DNA of 64,000 nt from the human T2T-CHM13v2.0 reference genome, Homo sapiens, in NCBI RefSeq assembly GCF_009914755.1, contig NC_060925.1; one strand, written 5' to 3'. This document shows positions 41,101 through 57,000 of the stretch, in pieces. Both the position numbers and the translations under genes were made by a program. Position 1 is the first letter of the stretch. Each line of letters starts with the position of its first letter. A model generated the notes under the pieces. That model did no database searches and was not told the origin of the DNA. It saw only the letters and a program-made list of their open reading frames with translations.

Positions 41101-44100
41101 TCGAATGGTCTCGATTGGAATCATTATCAAATGGAATCGAATGGAATCACCGAATAGAATCGAATGGAACAATCATCGAATGGACTCAAATGGAATTATC
41201 CTCAAATGGAATCGAATGGAATTATCGAATGCAATCGAATGGAATTATCGAATGCAATCGAATAGAATCATCGAAAGGACTCGAATGGAATCATCGAATG
41301 GAATGGAATGGAACAGTCAATGAACTCGAATGGAATCATCATTGAATGGAATCGAATGGAATCATCGAGTGGAATCGAATGGAATTATGATCAAATGGAA
41401 TCGAATGTAATCATCATCAAATGGAATCAAAAATAACCATCATCAATTGGTATTGAATGGAATTGTCATCAAATGGAATTCAAAGGAATCATCATCAAAT
41501 GGAACCGAATGGAATCCTCATTGAATGGAAATGAAAGGGGTCATCATCTAATGGAATCGCATGGAATCATCATCAAATGGAATCGAATGGAATCATCATC
41601 AAATGGAATCTAATGGAATCATTGAACAGAATTGAATGGAATCGTCATCGAATGAATTGAATGCAATCATCGAATGGTCTCGAATGGAATCATCTTCTAA
41701 TGGAAACGAATGGAATCATCGCATAGAATCGAATGGAATTATCATCGAATGGAATCGAATGGTATCAACACCAAACGGAAAAAAACGGAATTATCGAATG
41801 GAATCGAAGAGAATCTTCGAACGGACCCGAATGGAATCATCTAATGGAATGGAATGGAATAATCCATGGACTCGAATGCAATCATCATCGAATGGAATCG
41901 AATGGAATCATCGAATGGACTCGAATGGAATAATCATTGAACGGAATCGAATGGAATCATCATCGGATGGAAACGAATGGAATCATCATCGAATGGAAAT
42001 GAAAGGAGTCATCATCTAATGGAATTGCATGGAATCATCATAAAATGGAATCGAATGGAATCAACATCAAATGGAATCAAATGGAATCATTGAACGGAAT
42101 TGAATGGAATCGTCATCGAATGAATTGACTGCAATCATCGAATGGTCTCGGAATCATCTTCAAATGGAATGGAATGGAATCATCGCATAGAATCGAATGG
42201 AATTATCATCGAATGGAATCGAATGGAATCAACATCAAACGGAAAAAAACGGAATTATCGAATGGAATCGAAGAGAATCATCGAATGGACCCGAATGGAA
42301 TCATCTAATGGAATGGAATGGAATAATCCATGGACTCGAATGCAATCATCATCGAATGGAATCGAATGGAATCATCGAATGGACTCGAATGGAATAATCA
42401 TTGAACGGAATCGAATGGAATCATCATCGGATGGAAATGAATGGAATCATCATCGAATGGAATCGAATAGAATTATGGAATGAAATCCAGTGTGATCATC
42501 ATCGAATGGACCCGAATGGAATCATCATCCAACGGAAGCTAATGGAATCAACATCGAATGAATCGAATGGAAACACCATCGAATTGAAACGAATGGAATT
42601 ATCATGAAATTGAAATGGATGGACTCATCATCGAATGGATTCGAATGGAATCATCGAATAAAATTGATTGAAATCATCATCGAATGGAATCGAATGGTAT
42701 CATTGAATGGAATCGAATGGAATCATCATCAGATGGAAATGAATGGAATCGTCATAGAATGGAATCGAATGGATTCATTGAATGGAATCAGATGGAATCA
42801 TCGAATGGACTGGAATGGAATCATTGAATGGACTCGAAAGGGATCATGATTGAATGGAATTGAATGGAATCATCGAATGGTCTCGATTGGAATCATTATC
42901 AAATGGAATCGAATGGAATCACCGAATAGAATCGAATGGAACAATCATCGAATGGACTCAAATGGAATTATCCTCCAATGGAATCGAATGGAATTATCGA
43001 ATGCAATCGAATGGAATTATCGAATGCAATCGAATAGAATCATCGAATGGACTCGAATGGAATCATCGAATGGAACGGAATGGAACAGTCAATGAACACG
43101 AATGGAATCATCATTGAATGGAATCGAATGGAATCATCGAGTGGAATCGAATGGAATTATGATCAAATGGAATCGAATGTAATCATCATCAAATGGAATC
43201 AAAAATAACCATCATCAATTGGTATTGAATGGAATTGTCATCAAATGGAATTCAAAGGAATCATCATCAAATGGAACCGAATGGAATCCTCATTGAATGG
43301 AAATGAAAGGGGTCATCATCTAATGGAATCGCATGGAATCATCATCAAATGGAATCGAATGGAATCATCATCAAATGGAATGTAATGGAATCATTGAACA
43401 GAATTGAATGGAATCGTCATCGAATGAATTGAATGCAATCATCGAATGGTCTCGAATGGAATCATCTTCTAATGGAAAGGAATGGAATCATCGCATAGAA
43501 TCGAATGGAATTATCATCGAATGGAATCGAATGGTATCAACACCAAACGGAAAAAAACGGAATTATCGAATGGAATCGAAGAGAATCTTCGAACGGACCC
43601 GAATGGAATCATCTAATGGAATGGAATGGAATAATCCATGGACTCGAATGCAATCATCATCGAATGGAATCGAATGGAATCATCGAATGGACTCGAATGG
43701 AATAATCATTGAACGGAATCGAATGGAATCATAATCGGATGGAAACGAATGGAATCATCATCGAATGGAAATGAAAGGAGTCATCATCTAATGCAATTGC
43801 ATGGAATCATCATCAAATGGAATCGAATGGAATCAACATCAAATGGAATCTAATGGAATCATTGAACAGAATTGAATGGAATCGTCATCGAATGAATTGA
43901 CTGCAATCATCGAATGGTCTCGAATGGAATCATCTTCAAATGGAATGGAATGGAATCATCGCATAGAATCGAATGGAATTATCATCGAATGGAATCGAAT
44001 GGAATCAACATCAAACGGAAAAAAACGGAATTATCGAATGGAATCGAAGAGAATCATCGAATGGACCCGAATGGAATCATCTAATGGAATGGAATGGAAT

Positions 44101-47100
44101 AATCCATGGACTCGAATGCAATCATCATCGAATGGAATCGAATGGAATCATCGAATGGACTCGAATGGAATAATCATTGAACGGAATCGAATGGAATCAT
44201 CATCGGATGGAAATGAATGGAATCATCATGGAATGGAATCGAATAGAATTATGGAATGAAATCCAGTGTGATCATCATCGAATGGACCCGAATGGAATCA
44301 TCATCCAACGGAAGCTAATGGAATCAACATCGAATGAATCGAATGGAAACACCATCGAATTGAAACGAATGGAATTATCATGAAATTGAAATGGATGGAC
44401 TCATCATCGAATGGATTCGAATGGAATCATCGAATAAAATTGATTGAAATCATCATCCAATGGAATCGAATGGTATCATTGAATGGAATCGAATGGAATC
44501 ATCATCAGATGGAAATGAATGGAATCGTCATAGAATGGAATCGAATGGATTCATTGAATGGAATCAGATGGAATCATCGAATGGACTGGAATGGAATCAT
44601 TGAATGGACTCGAAAGGGATCATGATTGAATGGAATTGAATGGAATCATCGAATGGTCTCGATTGGAATCATTATCAAATGGAATCGAATGGAATCACCG
44701 AATAGAATCGAATGGAACAATCATCGAATGGACTCAAATGGAATTATCCTCAAATGGAATCGAATGGAATTATCGAATGCAATCGAATGGAATTATCGAA
44801 TGCAATCGAATAGAATCATCGAATGGACTCGAATGGAATCATCGAATGGAATGGAATGGAACAGTCAATGAACTCGAATGGAATCATCATTGAATGGAAT
44901 CGAATGGAATCATCGAGTGGAATCGAATGGAATTATGATCAAATGGAATCGAATGTAATCATCATCAAATGGAATCAAAAATAACCATCATCAATTGGTA
45001 TTGAATGGAATTGTCATCAAATGGAATTCAAAGGAATCATCATCAAATGGAACCGAATGGAATCCTCATTGAATGGAAATGAAAGGGGTCATCATCTAAT
45101 GGAATCGCATGGAATCATCATCAAATGGAATCGAATGGAATCATCATCAAATGGAATCTAATGGAATCATTGAACAGAATTGAATGGAATCGTCATCGAA
45201 TGAATTGAATGCAATCATCGAATGGTCTCGAATGGAATCATCTTCTAATGGAAAGGAATGGAATCATCGCATAGAATCGAATGGAATTATCATCGAATGG
45301 AATCGAATGGTATCAACACCAAACGGAAAAAAACGGAATTATCGAATGGAATCGAAGAGAATCTTCGAACGGACCCGAATGGAATCATCTAATGGAATGG
45401 AATGGAATAATCCATGGACTCGAATGCAATCATCATCGAATGGAATCGAATGGAATCATCGAATGGACTCGAATGGAATAATCATTGAACGGAATCGAAT
45501 GGAATCATCATCGGATGGAAACGAATGGAATCATCATCGAATGGAAATGAAAGGAGTCATCATCTAATGGAATTGCATGGAATCATCATAAAATGGAATC
45601 GAATGGAATCAACATCAAATGGAATCAAATGGAATCATTGAACGGAATTGAATGGAATCGTCATCGAATGAATTGACTGCAATCATCGAATGGTCTCGGA
45701 ATCATCTTCAAATGGAATGGAATGGAATCATCGCATAGAATCGAATGGAATTATCATCGAATGGAATCGAATGGAATCAACATCAAACGGAAAAAAACGG
45801 AATTATCGAATGGAATCGAAGAGAATCATCGAATGGACCCGAATGGAATCATCTAATGGAATGGAATGGAATAATCCATGGACTCGAATGCAATCATCAT
45901 CGAATGGAATCGAATGGAATCATCGAATGGACTCGAATGGAATAATCATTGAACGGAATCGAATGGAATCATCATCGGATGGAAATGAATGGAATCATCA
46001 TCGAATGGAATCGAATAGAATTATGGAATGAAATCCAGTGTGATCATCATCGAATGGACCCGAATGGAATCATCATCCAACGGAAGCTAATGGAATCAAC
46101 ATCGAATGAATCGAATGGAAACACCATCGAATTGAAACGAATGGAATTATCATGAAATTGAAATGGATGGACTCATCATCGAATGGATTCGAATGGAATC
46201 ATCGAATAAAATTGATTGAAATCATCATCGAATGGAATCGAATGGTATCATTGAATGGAATCGAATGGAATCATCATCAGATGGAAATGAATGGAATCGT
46301 CATAGAATGGAATCGAATGGATTCATTGAATGGAATCAGATGGAATCATCGAATGGACTGGAATGGAATCATTGAATGGACTCGAAAGGGATCATGATTG
46401 AATGGAATTGAATGGAATCATCGAATGGTCTCGATTGGAATCATTATCAAATGGAATCGAATGGAATCACCGAATAGAATCGAATGGAACAATCATCGAA
46501 TGGACTCAAATGGAATTATCCTCCAATGGAATCGAATGGAATTATCGAATGCAATCGAATGGAATTATCGAATGCAATCGAATAGAATCATCGAATGGAC
46601 TCGAATGGAATCATCGAATGGAATGGAATGGAACAGTCAATGAACTCGAATGGAATCATCATTGAATGGAATCGAATGGAATCATCGAGTGGAATCGAAT
46701 GGAATTATGATCAAATGGAATCGAATGTAATCCTCATCAAATGGAATCAAAAATAACCATCATCAATTGGTATTGAATGGAATTGTCATCAAATGGAATT
46801 CAAAGGAATCATCATCAAATGGAACCGAATGGAATCCTCATTGAATGGAAATGAAAGGGGTCATCATCTAATGGAATCGCATGGAATCATCATCAAATGG
46901 AATCGAATGGAATCATCATCAAATGGAATCTAATGGAATCATTGAACAGAATTGAATGGAATCGTCATCGAATGAATTGAATGCAATCATCGAATGGTCT
47001 CGAATGGAATCATCTTCTAATGGAAAGGAATGGAATCATCGCATAGAATCGAATGGAATTATCATCGAATGGAATCGAATGGTATCAACACCAAACGGAA

Positions 47101-50100
47101 AAAAACGGAATTATCGAATGGAATCGAAGAGAATCTTCGAACGGACCCGAATGGAATCATCTAATGGAATGGAATGGAATAATCCATGGACTCAAATGCA
47201 ATCATCATCGAATGGAATCGAATGGAATCATCAAATGGACTCGAATGGAATAATCATTGAACGGAATCGAATGGAATCATCATCGGATGGAAACGAATGG
47301 AATCATCATCGAATGGAAATGAAAGGAGTCATCATCTAATGGAATTGCATGGAATCATCATAAAATGGAATCGAATGGAATCAACATCAAATGGAATCAA
47401 ATGGAATCATTGAACGGAATTGAATGGAATCGTCATCGAATGAATTGACTGCAATCATCCAATGGTATCGAATGGAATCATCTTCAAATGGAATGGAATG
47501 GAATCATCGCATAGAATCGAATGGAATTATCATCGAATGGAATCGAATGGAATCAACATCAAACGGAAAAAAACGGAATTATCGAATGGAATCGAAGAGA
47601 ATCATCGAATGGACCCGAATGGAATCATCTAATGGAATGGAATGGAATAATCCATGGACTCGAATGCAATCATCATCGAATGGAATCGAATGGAATCATC
47701 GAATGGACTCGAATGGAATAATCATTGAACGGAATAGAATGGAATCATCATCGGATGGAAATGAATGGAATCATCATCGAATGGAATCGAATAGAATTAT
47801 AGAATGAAATCCAGTGTGATCATCATCGAATGGACCCGAATGGAATCATCATCCAACGGAAGCTAATGGAATCAACATCGAATGAATCAAATGGAAACAC
47901 CATCGAATTGAAACGAATGGAATTATCATGAAATTGAAATGGATGGACTCATCATCGAATGGATTCGAATGGAATCATCGAATAAAATTGATTGAAATCA
48001 TCATCGAATGGAATCGAATGGTATCATTGAATGGAATCGAATGGAATCATCATCAGATGGAAATGAATGGAATCGTCATAGAATGGAATCGAATGGATTC
48101 ATTGAATGGAATCAGATGGAATCATCGTATGGACTGGAATGGAATCATTGAATGGACTCGAAAGGGATCATTATTGAATGGAATTGAATGGAATCATCGA
48201 ATGGTCTCGATTGGAATCATTATCAAATGGAATCGAATGGAATCACCGAATAGAATCGAATGGAACAATCATCGAATGGACTCAAATGGAATTATCCTCC
48301 AATGGAATCGAATGGAATTATCGAATGCAATCGAATGGAATTATCGAATGCAATCTAATAGAATCATCGAATGGACTCGAATGGAATCATCGAATGGAAT
48401 GGAATGGAACAGTCAATGAACTCGAATGGAATCATCATTGAATGGAATCGAATGGAATCATCGAGTGGAATCGAATGGAATTATGATCAAATGGAATCGA
48501 ATGTAATCATCATCAAATGGAATCAAAAATAACCATCATCAATTGGTATTGAATGGAATTGTCATCAAATGGAATTCAAAGGAATCATCATCAAATGGAA
48601 CCGAATGGAATCCTCATTGAATGGAAATGAAAGGGGTCATCATCTAATGGAATCGCATGGAATCATCATCAAATGGAATCGAATGGAATCATCATCAAAT
48701 GGAATCTAATGGAATCATTGAAAGAATTGAATGGAATCATCATCGAATGAATTGAATGCAATCATCGAATGGTCTCGAATGGAATCATCTTCTAATGGAA
48801 AGGAATGGAATCATCGCATAGAATCGAATGGAATTATCATCGAATGGAATCGAATGGTATCAACACCAAACGGAAAAAAACGGAATTATCGAATGGAATC
48901 GAAGAGAATCTTCGAACGGACCCGAATGGAATCATCTAATGGAATGGAATGGAATAATCCATGGACTCGAATGCAATCATCATCGAATGGAATCGAATGG
49001 AATCATCGAATGGACTCGAATGGAATAATCATTGAACGGAATCGAATGGAATCATCATCGGACGGAAACGAATGGAATCATCGAATGGGAATGAAAGGAG
49101 TCATCATCTAATGGAATTGCATGGAATCATCATAAAATGGAATCGAATGGAATCAACATCAAATGGAATCAAATGGAATCATTGAACGGAATTGAATGGA
49201 ATCGTCATCGAATGAATTGAATGCAATCATCGAATGGTCTCAAATGGAATCATCTTCAAATGGAATGGAATGGAATCATCGCATAGAATCGAATGGAATT
49301 ATCATCGAATGTAATCGAATGGAATCAACACCAAACGGAAAAAAACGGATTTATCGAATGGAATCGAAGAGAATCATCGAATGGACCCGAATGGAATCAT
49401 CTAATGGAATGGAATGGAATAATCCATGGACTCGAATGCAATCATCATCGAATGGAATCGAATGGAATCATCGAATGGACTCGAATGGAATAATCATTGA
49501 ACGGAATCGAATGGAATCATCATCGGATGGAAATGAATGGAATCATCATCGAATGGAATCGAATAGAATTATGGAATGAAATCCAGTGTGATCATCATCG
49601 AATGGACCCGAATGGAATCATCATCCAACGGAAGCTAATGGAATCAACATCGAATGAATCAAATGGAAACACCATCGAATTGAAACGAATGGAATTACCA
49701 TGAAATTGAAATGGATGGACTCATCATCAAATGGATTTGAGTGGAATCATCGAATAAAATTGATTGAAATCATCATCGAATGGAATCGAATGGTATCATT
49801 GAATGGAATCGAATGCAATCATCATCAGATGGAAATGAAAGGAATCGTCATAGAATGGAATCGAATGGATTCATTGAATGGAATCAGATGGAATCATTGA
49901 ATGGACTGGAATGGAATCATTGAATGGACTCGAAAGGGATCATTATTGAATGGAATTGAATGGAATCATCGAATGGTCTCGATTGGAATCATTATCAAAT
50001 GGAATCGAATGGAATCACCGAATAGAATCGAATGGAACAATCATCGAATGGACTCAAATGGAATTATCCTCAAATGGAATTGAATGGAATTATCGAATGC

Positions 50101-50503
50101 AATCGAATGGAATTATCGAATGTAATCGAATAGAATCATCGAATGGACTCGAATGGAATCATCGAATGGAATGGAATGGAACAGTCAATGAACTCGAATG
50201 GAATCATCATTGAATGGAATCGAATGGAATCATCGAGTGGAATCGAATGTAATCATCATCAAATGGAATCAAAAATAACCATCATCAAATGGAATCAAAA
50301 ATAACCATCATCAATTGGTATTGAATGGAATTCTCATCAAATGGAATTCAAAGGAATCATCATCAAATGGAACCGAATGGAATCCTCATTGAATGGAAAT
50401 GAAAGGGGTCATCATCTAATGGAATCGCATGGAATCATCATCAAATGGAATCGAATGGAATCATCATCAAATGGAATCTAATGGAATCATTGAAAAGAAT
50501 TGA

Positions 50504-53500
50504 ATGGAATCGTCATCGAATGAATTGAATGCAATCATCGAATGGTCTCGAATGGAATCATCTTCTAATGGAAAGGAATGGAATCATCGCATAGAATCGA
50601 ATGGAATTATCATCGAATGGATTCGAATGGTATCAACACCAAACGGAAAAAAACGGAATTATCGAATGGAATCGAAGAGAATCTTCGAACGGACCCGAAT
50701 GGAATCATCTAATGGAATGAAATGGAATAATCCATGGACTCGAATGCAATCATCATCGAATGGAATCGAATGGAATCATCGAATGGACTCGAATGGAATA
50801 ATCATTGAACGGAATCGAATGGAATCATCATCGGATGGAAACGAATGGAATCATCATCGAATGGAAATGAAAGGAGTCATCATCTAATGGAATTGCATGG
50901 AATCATCATCAAATGGAATCGAATGGAATCAACATCAAATGGAATCAAATGGAATCATTGAACGGAATTGAATGGAATCGTCATCGAATGAATTGAACGC
51001 AATCATCGAATGGTCTCGAATGCAATCATCTTCAAATGGAATGGAATGGAATCATCGCATAGAATCGAATGGAATTATCATCGAATGGAATCGAATGGTA
51101 TCAACATCAAACGGAAAAAAACGGAATTATCGAATGGAATCGAAGAGAATCCTCGAACGGACCCGAATGGAGTCATCTAATGGAATGGAATGGAATAATC
51201 CACGGACTCGAATGCTATCATCATCGAATGGAATCGAATGGAATCATCGAATGGACTCTAATGGAATAATCATTGAACAGAATCGAATGGAATCATCATC
51301 GGATGGAAACGAATGGAATCATCATCGAATGGAAATGAAAGGAGTCATCATCTAATGGAATTGCATGGAATCATCATAAAATGGAATCGAATGGAATCAA
51401 CATCAAACGGAAAAAAACGGAATTATCGAATGGAATCGAATAGAATCATCGAATGGACCCGAATCGAATCATCTAATGGAATGGAATGGAATGGAATAAT
51501 CCGTGGACTCGAATGCAATCATCATCGAATGTAATCGAATGGAATCATCCAATGGACTCGAATGGAATAATCATTGAACGGAATCGAATGGAATCATCAT
51601 CGGATGGAAATGAATGGAATCATCATCGAATGGAATCGAATAGAATTATGGAATGAAATCCAGTGTGATCATCATCGAATGGACCCGAATGGAATCATCA
51701 TCCAACGGATGCTAATGGAATCAACATCGAATGAATCAAATGGAAACACCATCGAATTGAAACGAATGGAATTACCATGAAATTGAAATGGTTGGACTCA
51801 TCATCGAATGGATTCGAATGGAATCATCGAATAAAATTGATTGAAATCATCATCGAATGGAATCGAATGGTATCATTGAATGGAATCGAATGCAATCATC
51901 ATCAGATAGAAATGAATGGAATCGTCATAGAATGGAATCGAATGGATTCATTGAATGGAATCAGATGGAATCATCGAATGGACTGGAATGGAATTATTGA
52001 ATGGACACGAAACAGATCATGATTGAATGGAATTGAATGGAATCATCGAATGGTCTCGATTGGAATCATTATCAAATGGAATCGAATGGAATCACCGAAT
52101 AGAATCGAATGGAACAATCATCGAATGGACTCAAATGGAATTATCCTCAAATGGAATGGAATGGAATTATCGAATGCAATCGAATGGAATTATCGAATGC
52201 AATCGAATAGAATCATTGAATGGACTCGAATGGAATAATCATTGAACGGAATCGAATGGAATCATCATCGGATGGAAACGAATGGAATCATCATCGAATG
52301 GAAATGAAAGGAGACATCATCTAATGGAATTGCATGGAATCATCATAAAATGGAATCGAATGGAATCAACATCAAATGGAATCAAATGGAATCATTGAAC
52401 GGAATTGAATGGAATCGTCATCGAATGAATTGAATGCAATCATCGAATGGTCTCGAATGGAATCATCTTCAAATGGAATGGAATGGAATCATCGCATAGA
52501 ATCGAATGGAATTATCATCGAATGGCATCGAATCGAATCAACATCAAACGGAAAAAAACGGAATTATCGAATGGAATCGAAGAGAATCATCGAATGGACC
52601 CGAATGGAATCATCTAATGGAATGGAATGGAATAATCCATGGACTCGAATGCAATCATCATCGAATGGAATCGAATGGAATCATCGAATTTACCCGAATG
52701 GAATAATCATTGAATGGAATCGAATGGAATCAACATCAAATGGAATCAAATGGAATCATTGAACGGAATTGAATGGAATCGTCATCGAATGAATTGAATG
52801 CAATCATCGAATGGTCTCGAATGGAATCATCTTCAAATGGAATGGAATGGAATCATCGCATAGAATCGAATGGAATTATCATCGAATGGCATCGAATCGA
52901 ATCAACATCAAACGGAAAAAAACGGAATTATCGAATGGAATCGAAGAGAATCATCGAATGGACCCGAATGGAATCATCTAATGGAATGGAATGGAATAAT
53001 CCATGGACTCGAATGCAATCATCATCGAATGGAATCGAATGGAATCATCCAATGGACTCGAATGGAATAATCATTGAACGGAATCGAATGGAATCATCAT
53101 CGGATGGAAATGAATGGAATCATCATCGAATGGAATCGAATAGAATTATGGAATGAAATCCAGTGTGATCATCATCGAATGGACCCGAATGGAATCATCA
53201 TCCAATGGAAGCTAATGGAATCAACATCGAATGAATCAAATGGAAACACCATCGAATTGAAACGAATGGAATTACCATGAAATTGAAATGGATGGACTCA
53301 TCATCGAATGGATTCGAATGGAATCATCGAATAAAATTGATTGAAATCATCATCGAATGGAATCGAATGGTATCATTGAATGGAATCGAATGGAATCATC
53401 ATCAGATGGAAATGAATGGAATCGTCATAGAATGGAATCGAATGGATTCATTGAATGGAATCAGATGGAATCATCGAATGGACTGGAATGGAATCATTGA

Positions 53501-54080
53501 ATGGACTCGAAAGGGATCATGATTGAATGGAATTGAATGGAATCATCGAATGGTCTCGATTGGAATCATTATCAAATGGAATCGAATGGAATCACCGAAT
53601 AGAATCGAATGGAACAATCATCGAATGGACTCAAAAGGAATTATCCTCAAATGTAATCGAATGGAATTATCGAATGCAATCGAATGGAATTATCGAATGC
53701 AATCGAATAGAATCATCGAATGGACTCGAATGGAATCATCGAATGGAATGGAATGGAACAGTCAATGAACTCGAATGGAATCATCATTGAATGGAATCGA
53801 ATGGAATCATCGAGTGGAATCGAATGGAATTATGATCAAATGGAATCGAATGTAATCATCATCAAATGGAATCAAAAATAACCATCATCAATTGGTATTG
53901 AATGGAATTGTCATCAAATGGAATTCAAAGGAATCATCATCAAATGGAACCGAATGGAATCCTCATTGAATGGAAATGAAAGGGGTCATCATCTAATGGA
54001 ATCGCATGGAATCATCATCAAATGGAATCGAATGGAATCATCATCAAATGGAATCTAATGGAATCATTGAACAGAATTGA
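50504..54080 (+). repeat. Rearranged, more diverged HSat2 segment (3,577 bp between anchors)
   Basis: Extra 468-bp subunit at 50972, junctions at ~51405 and ~52225, and a 364-bp tandem duplication (52409/52773). Confidence 0.85.
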
Positions 54081-57000
54081 ATGGAATCGTCATCGAATGA
54101 ATTGAATGCAATCATCGAATGGTCTCGAATGGAATCATCTTCTAATGGAAAGGAATGGAATCATCGCATAGAATCGAATGGAATTATCATCGAATGGAAT
54201 CGAATGGTATCAACACCAAACGGAAAAAAACGGAATTATCGAATGGAATCGAAGAGAATCTTCGAACGGACCCGAATGGAATCATCTAATGGAATGGAAT
54301 GGAATAATCCATGGACTCGAATGCAATCATCATCGAATGGAATCAAATGGAATCATCGAATCGACTCGAATGGAATAATCATTGAACGGAATCGAATGGA
54401 ATCATCATCGGATGGAAACGAATGGAATCATCATCGAATGGCAATGAAAGGAGTCATCATCTAAGGGAATTGCATGGAATCATCATAAAATGGAATCGAA
54501 TGGAATCAACATCAAATGGAATCAAATGGAATCATTGAACGGAATTGAATGGAATCGTCATCGAATGAATTGACTGCAATCATCGAATGGTCTCGAATGG
54601 AATCATCTTCAAATGGAATGGAATGGAATCATCGCATAGAATCGAATGGAATTATCATCGAATGGAATCGAATGGAATCAACATCAAACGGAAAAAAACG
54701 GAATTATCGAATGGAATCGAAGAGAATCATCGAATGGACCCGAATGGAATCATCTAATGGAATGGAATGGAATAATCCATGTACTCTAATGCAACATCAT
54801 CGAATGGAATCGAATGGAATCATCGAATGGACTCGAATGGAATAATCATTGAACGGAATCGAATGGAATCATCATCGGATGGAAATGAATGGAATCATCA
54901 TCGAATGGAATCGAATAGAATTATGGAATGAAATCCAGTGTGATCATCATCGAATGGACCCGAATGGAATCATCATCCAACGGAAGCTAATGGAATCAAC
55001 ATCGAATGAATCGAATGGAAACACCATCGAATTGAAACGAATGGAATTATCATGAAATTGAAATGGATGGACTCATCATCGAATGGATTCGAATGGAATC
55101 ATCGAATAAAATTGATTGAAATCATCATCGAATGGAATCGAATGGTATCATTGAATGGAATCGAATGGAATCATCATCAGATGGAAATGAATGGAATCGT
55201 CATAGAATGGAATCGAATGGATTCATTGAATGGAATCAGATGGAATCATCGAATGGACTGGAATGGAATCATTGAATGGACTCGAAAGGGATCATTATTG
55301 AATGGAATTGAATGGAATCATCGAATGGTCTCGATTGGAATCATTATCAAATGGAATCGAATGGAATCACCGAATAGAATCGAATGGAACAATCATCGAA
55401 TGGACTCAAATGGAATTATCCTCCAATGGAATCGAATGGAATTATCGAATGCTATCGAATGGAATTATCGAATGCAATCGAATAGAATCATCGAATGGAC
55501 TCGAATGGAATCATCGAATGGAATGGAATGGAACAGTCAATGAACTCGAATGGAATCATCATTGAATGGAATCGAATGGAATCATCGAGTGGAATCGAAT
55601 GGAATTATGATCAAATGGAATCGAATGTAATCATCATCAAATGGAATCAAAAATAACCATCATCAATTGGTATTGAATGGAATTGTCATCAAATGGAATT
55701 CAAAGGAATCATCATCAAATGGAACCGAATGGAATCCTCATTGAATGGAAATGAAAGGGGTCATCATCTAATGGAATCGCATGGAATCATCATCAAATGG
55801 AATCGAATGGAATCATCATCAAATGGAATCTAATGGAATCATTGAACAGAATTGAATGGAATCGTCATCGAATGAATTGAATGCAATCATCGAATGGTCT
55901 CGAATGGAATCATCTTCTAATGGAAAGGAATGGAATCATCGCATAGAATCGAATGGAATTATCATCGAATGGAATCGAATGGTATCAACACCAAACGGAA
56001 AAAAACGGAATTATCGAATGGAATCGAAGAGAATCATCGAACGGACCCGAATGGAATCATCTAATGGAATGGAATGGAATAATCCATGGACTCGAATGCA
56101 ATCATCATCGAATGGAATCGAATGGAATCATCGAATGGACTCGAATGGAATAATCATTGAACGGAATCGAATGGAATCATCATCGGATGGAAACGAATGG
56201 AATCATCATCGAATGGAAATGAAAGGAGTCATCATCTAATGGAATTGCATGGAATCATCATAAAATGGAATCGAATGGAATCAACATCAAATGGAATCAA
56301 ATGGAATCATTGAACGGAATTGAATGGAATCGTCATCGAATGAATTGACTGCAATCATCGAATGGTCTCGAATGGAATCATCTTCAAATGGAATGGAATG
56401 GAATCATCGCATAGAATCGAATGGAATTATCATCGAATGGAATCGAATGGAATCAACATCAAACGGAAAAAAACAGAATTATCGTATGGAATCGAAGAGA
56501 ATCATCGAATGGACCCGAATGGAACCATCTAATGGAATGGAATGGAATAATCCATGGACTCGAATGCAATCATCATCGAATGGAATCGAATGGAATCATC
56601 GAATGGACTCGAATGGAATAATCATTGAACGGAATCGAATGGAATCATCATCGGATGGAAATGAATGGAATCATCATCGAATGGAATCGAATAGAATTAT
56701 GGAATGAAATCCAGTGTGATCATCATCGAATGGACCCGAATGGAATCATCATCCAACGGAAGCTAATGGAATCAACATCGAATGAATCGAATGGAAACAC
56801 CATCGAATTGAAACGAATGGAATTATCATGAAATTGAAATGGATGGACTCATCATCGAATGGATTCGAATGGAATCATGGAATAAAAGTGATTGAAATCA
56901 TCATCGAATGGAATCGAATGGTATCATTGAATGGAATCGAATGGAATCATCATCAGATGGAAATGAATGGAATCGTCATAGAATGGAATCGAATGGATTC

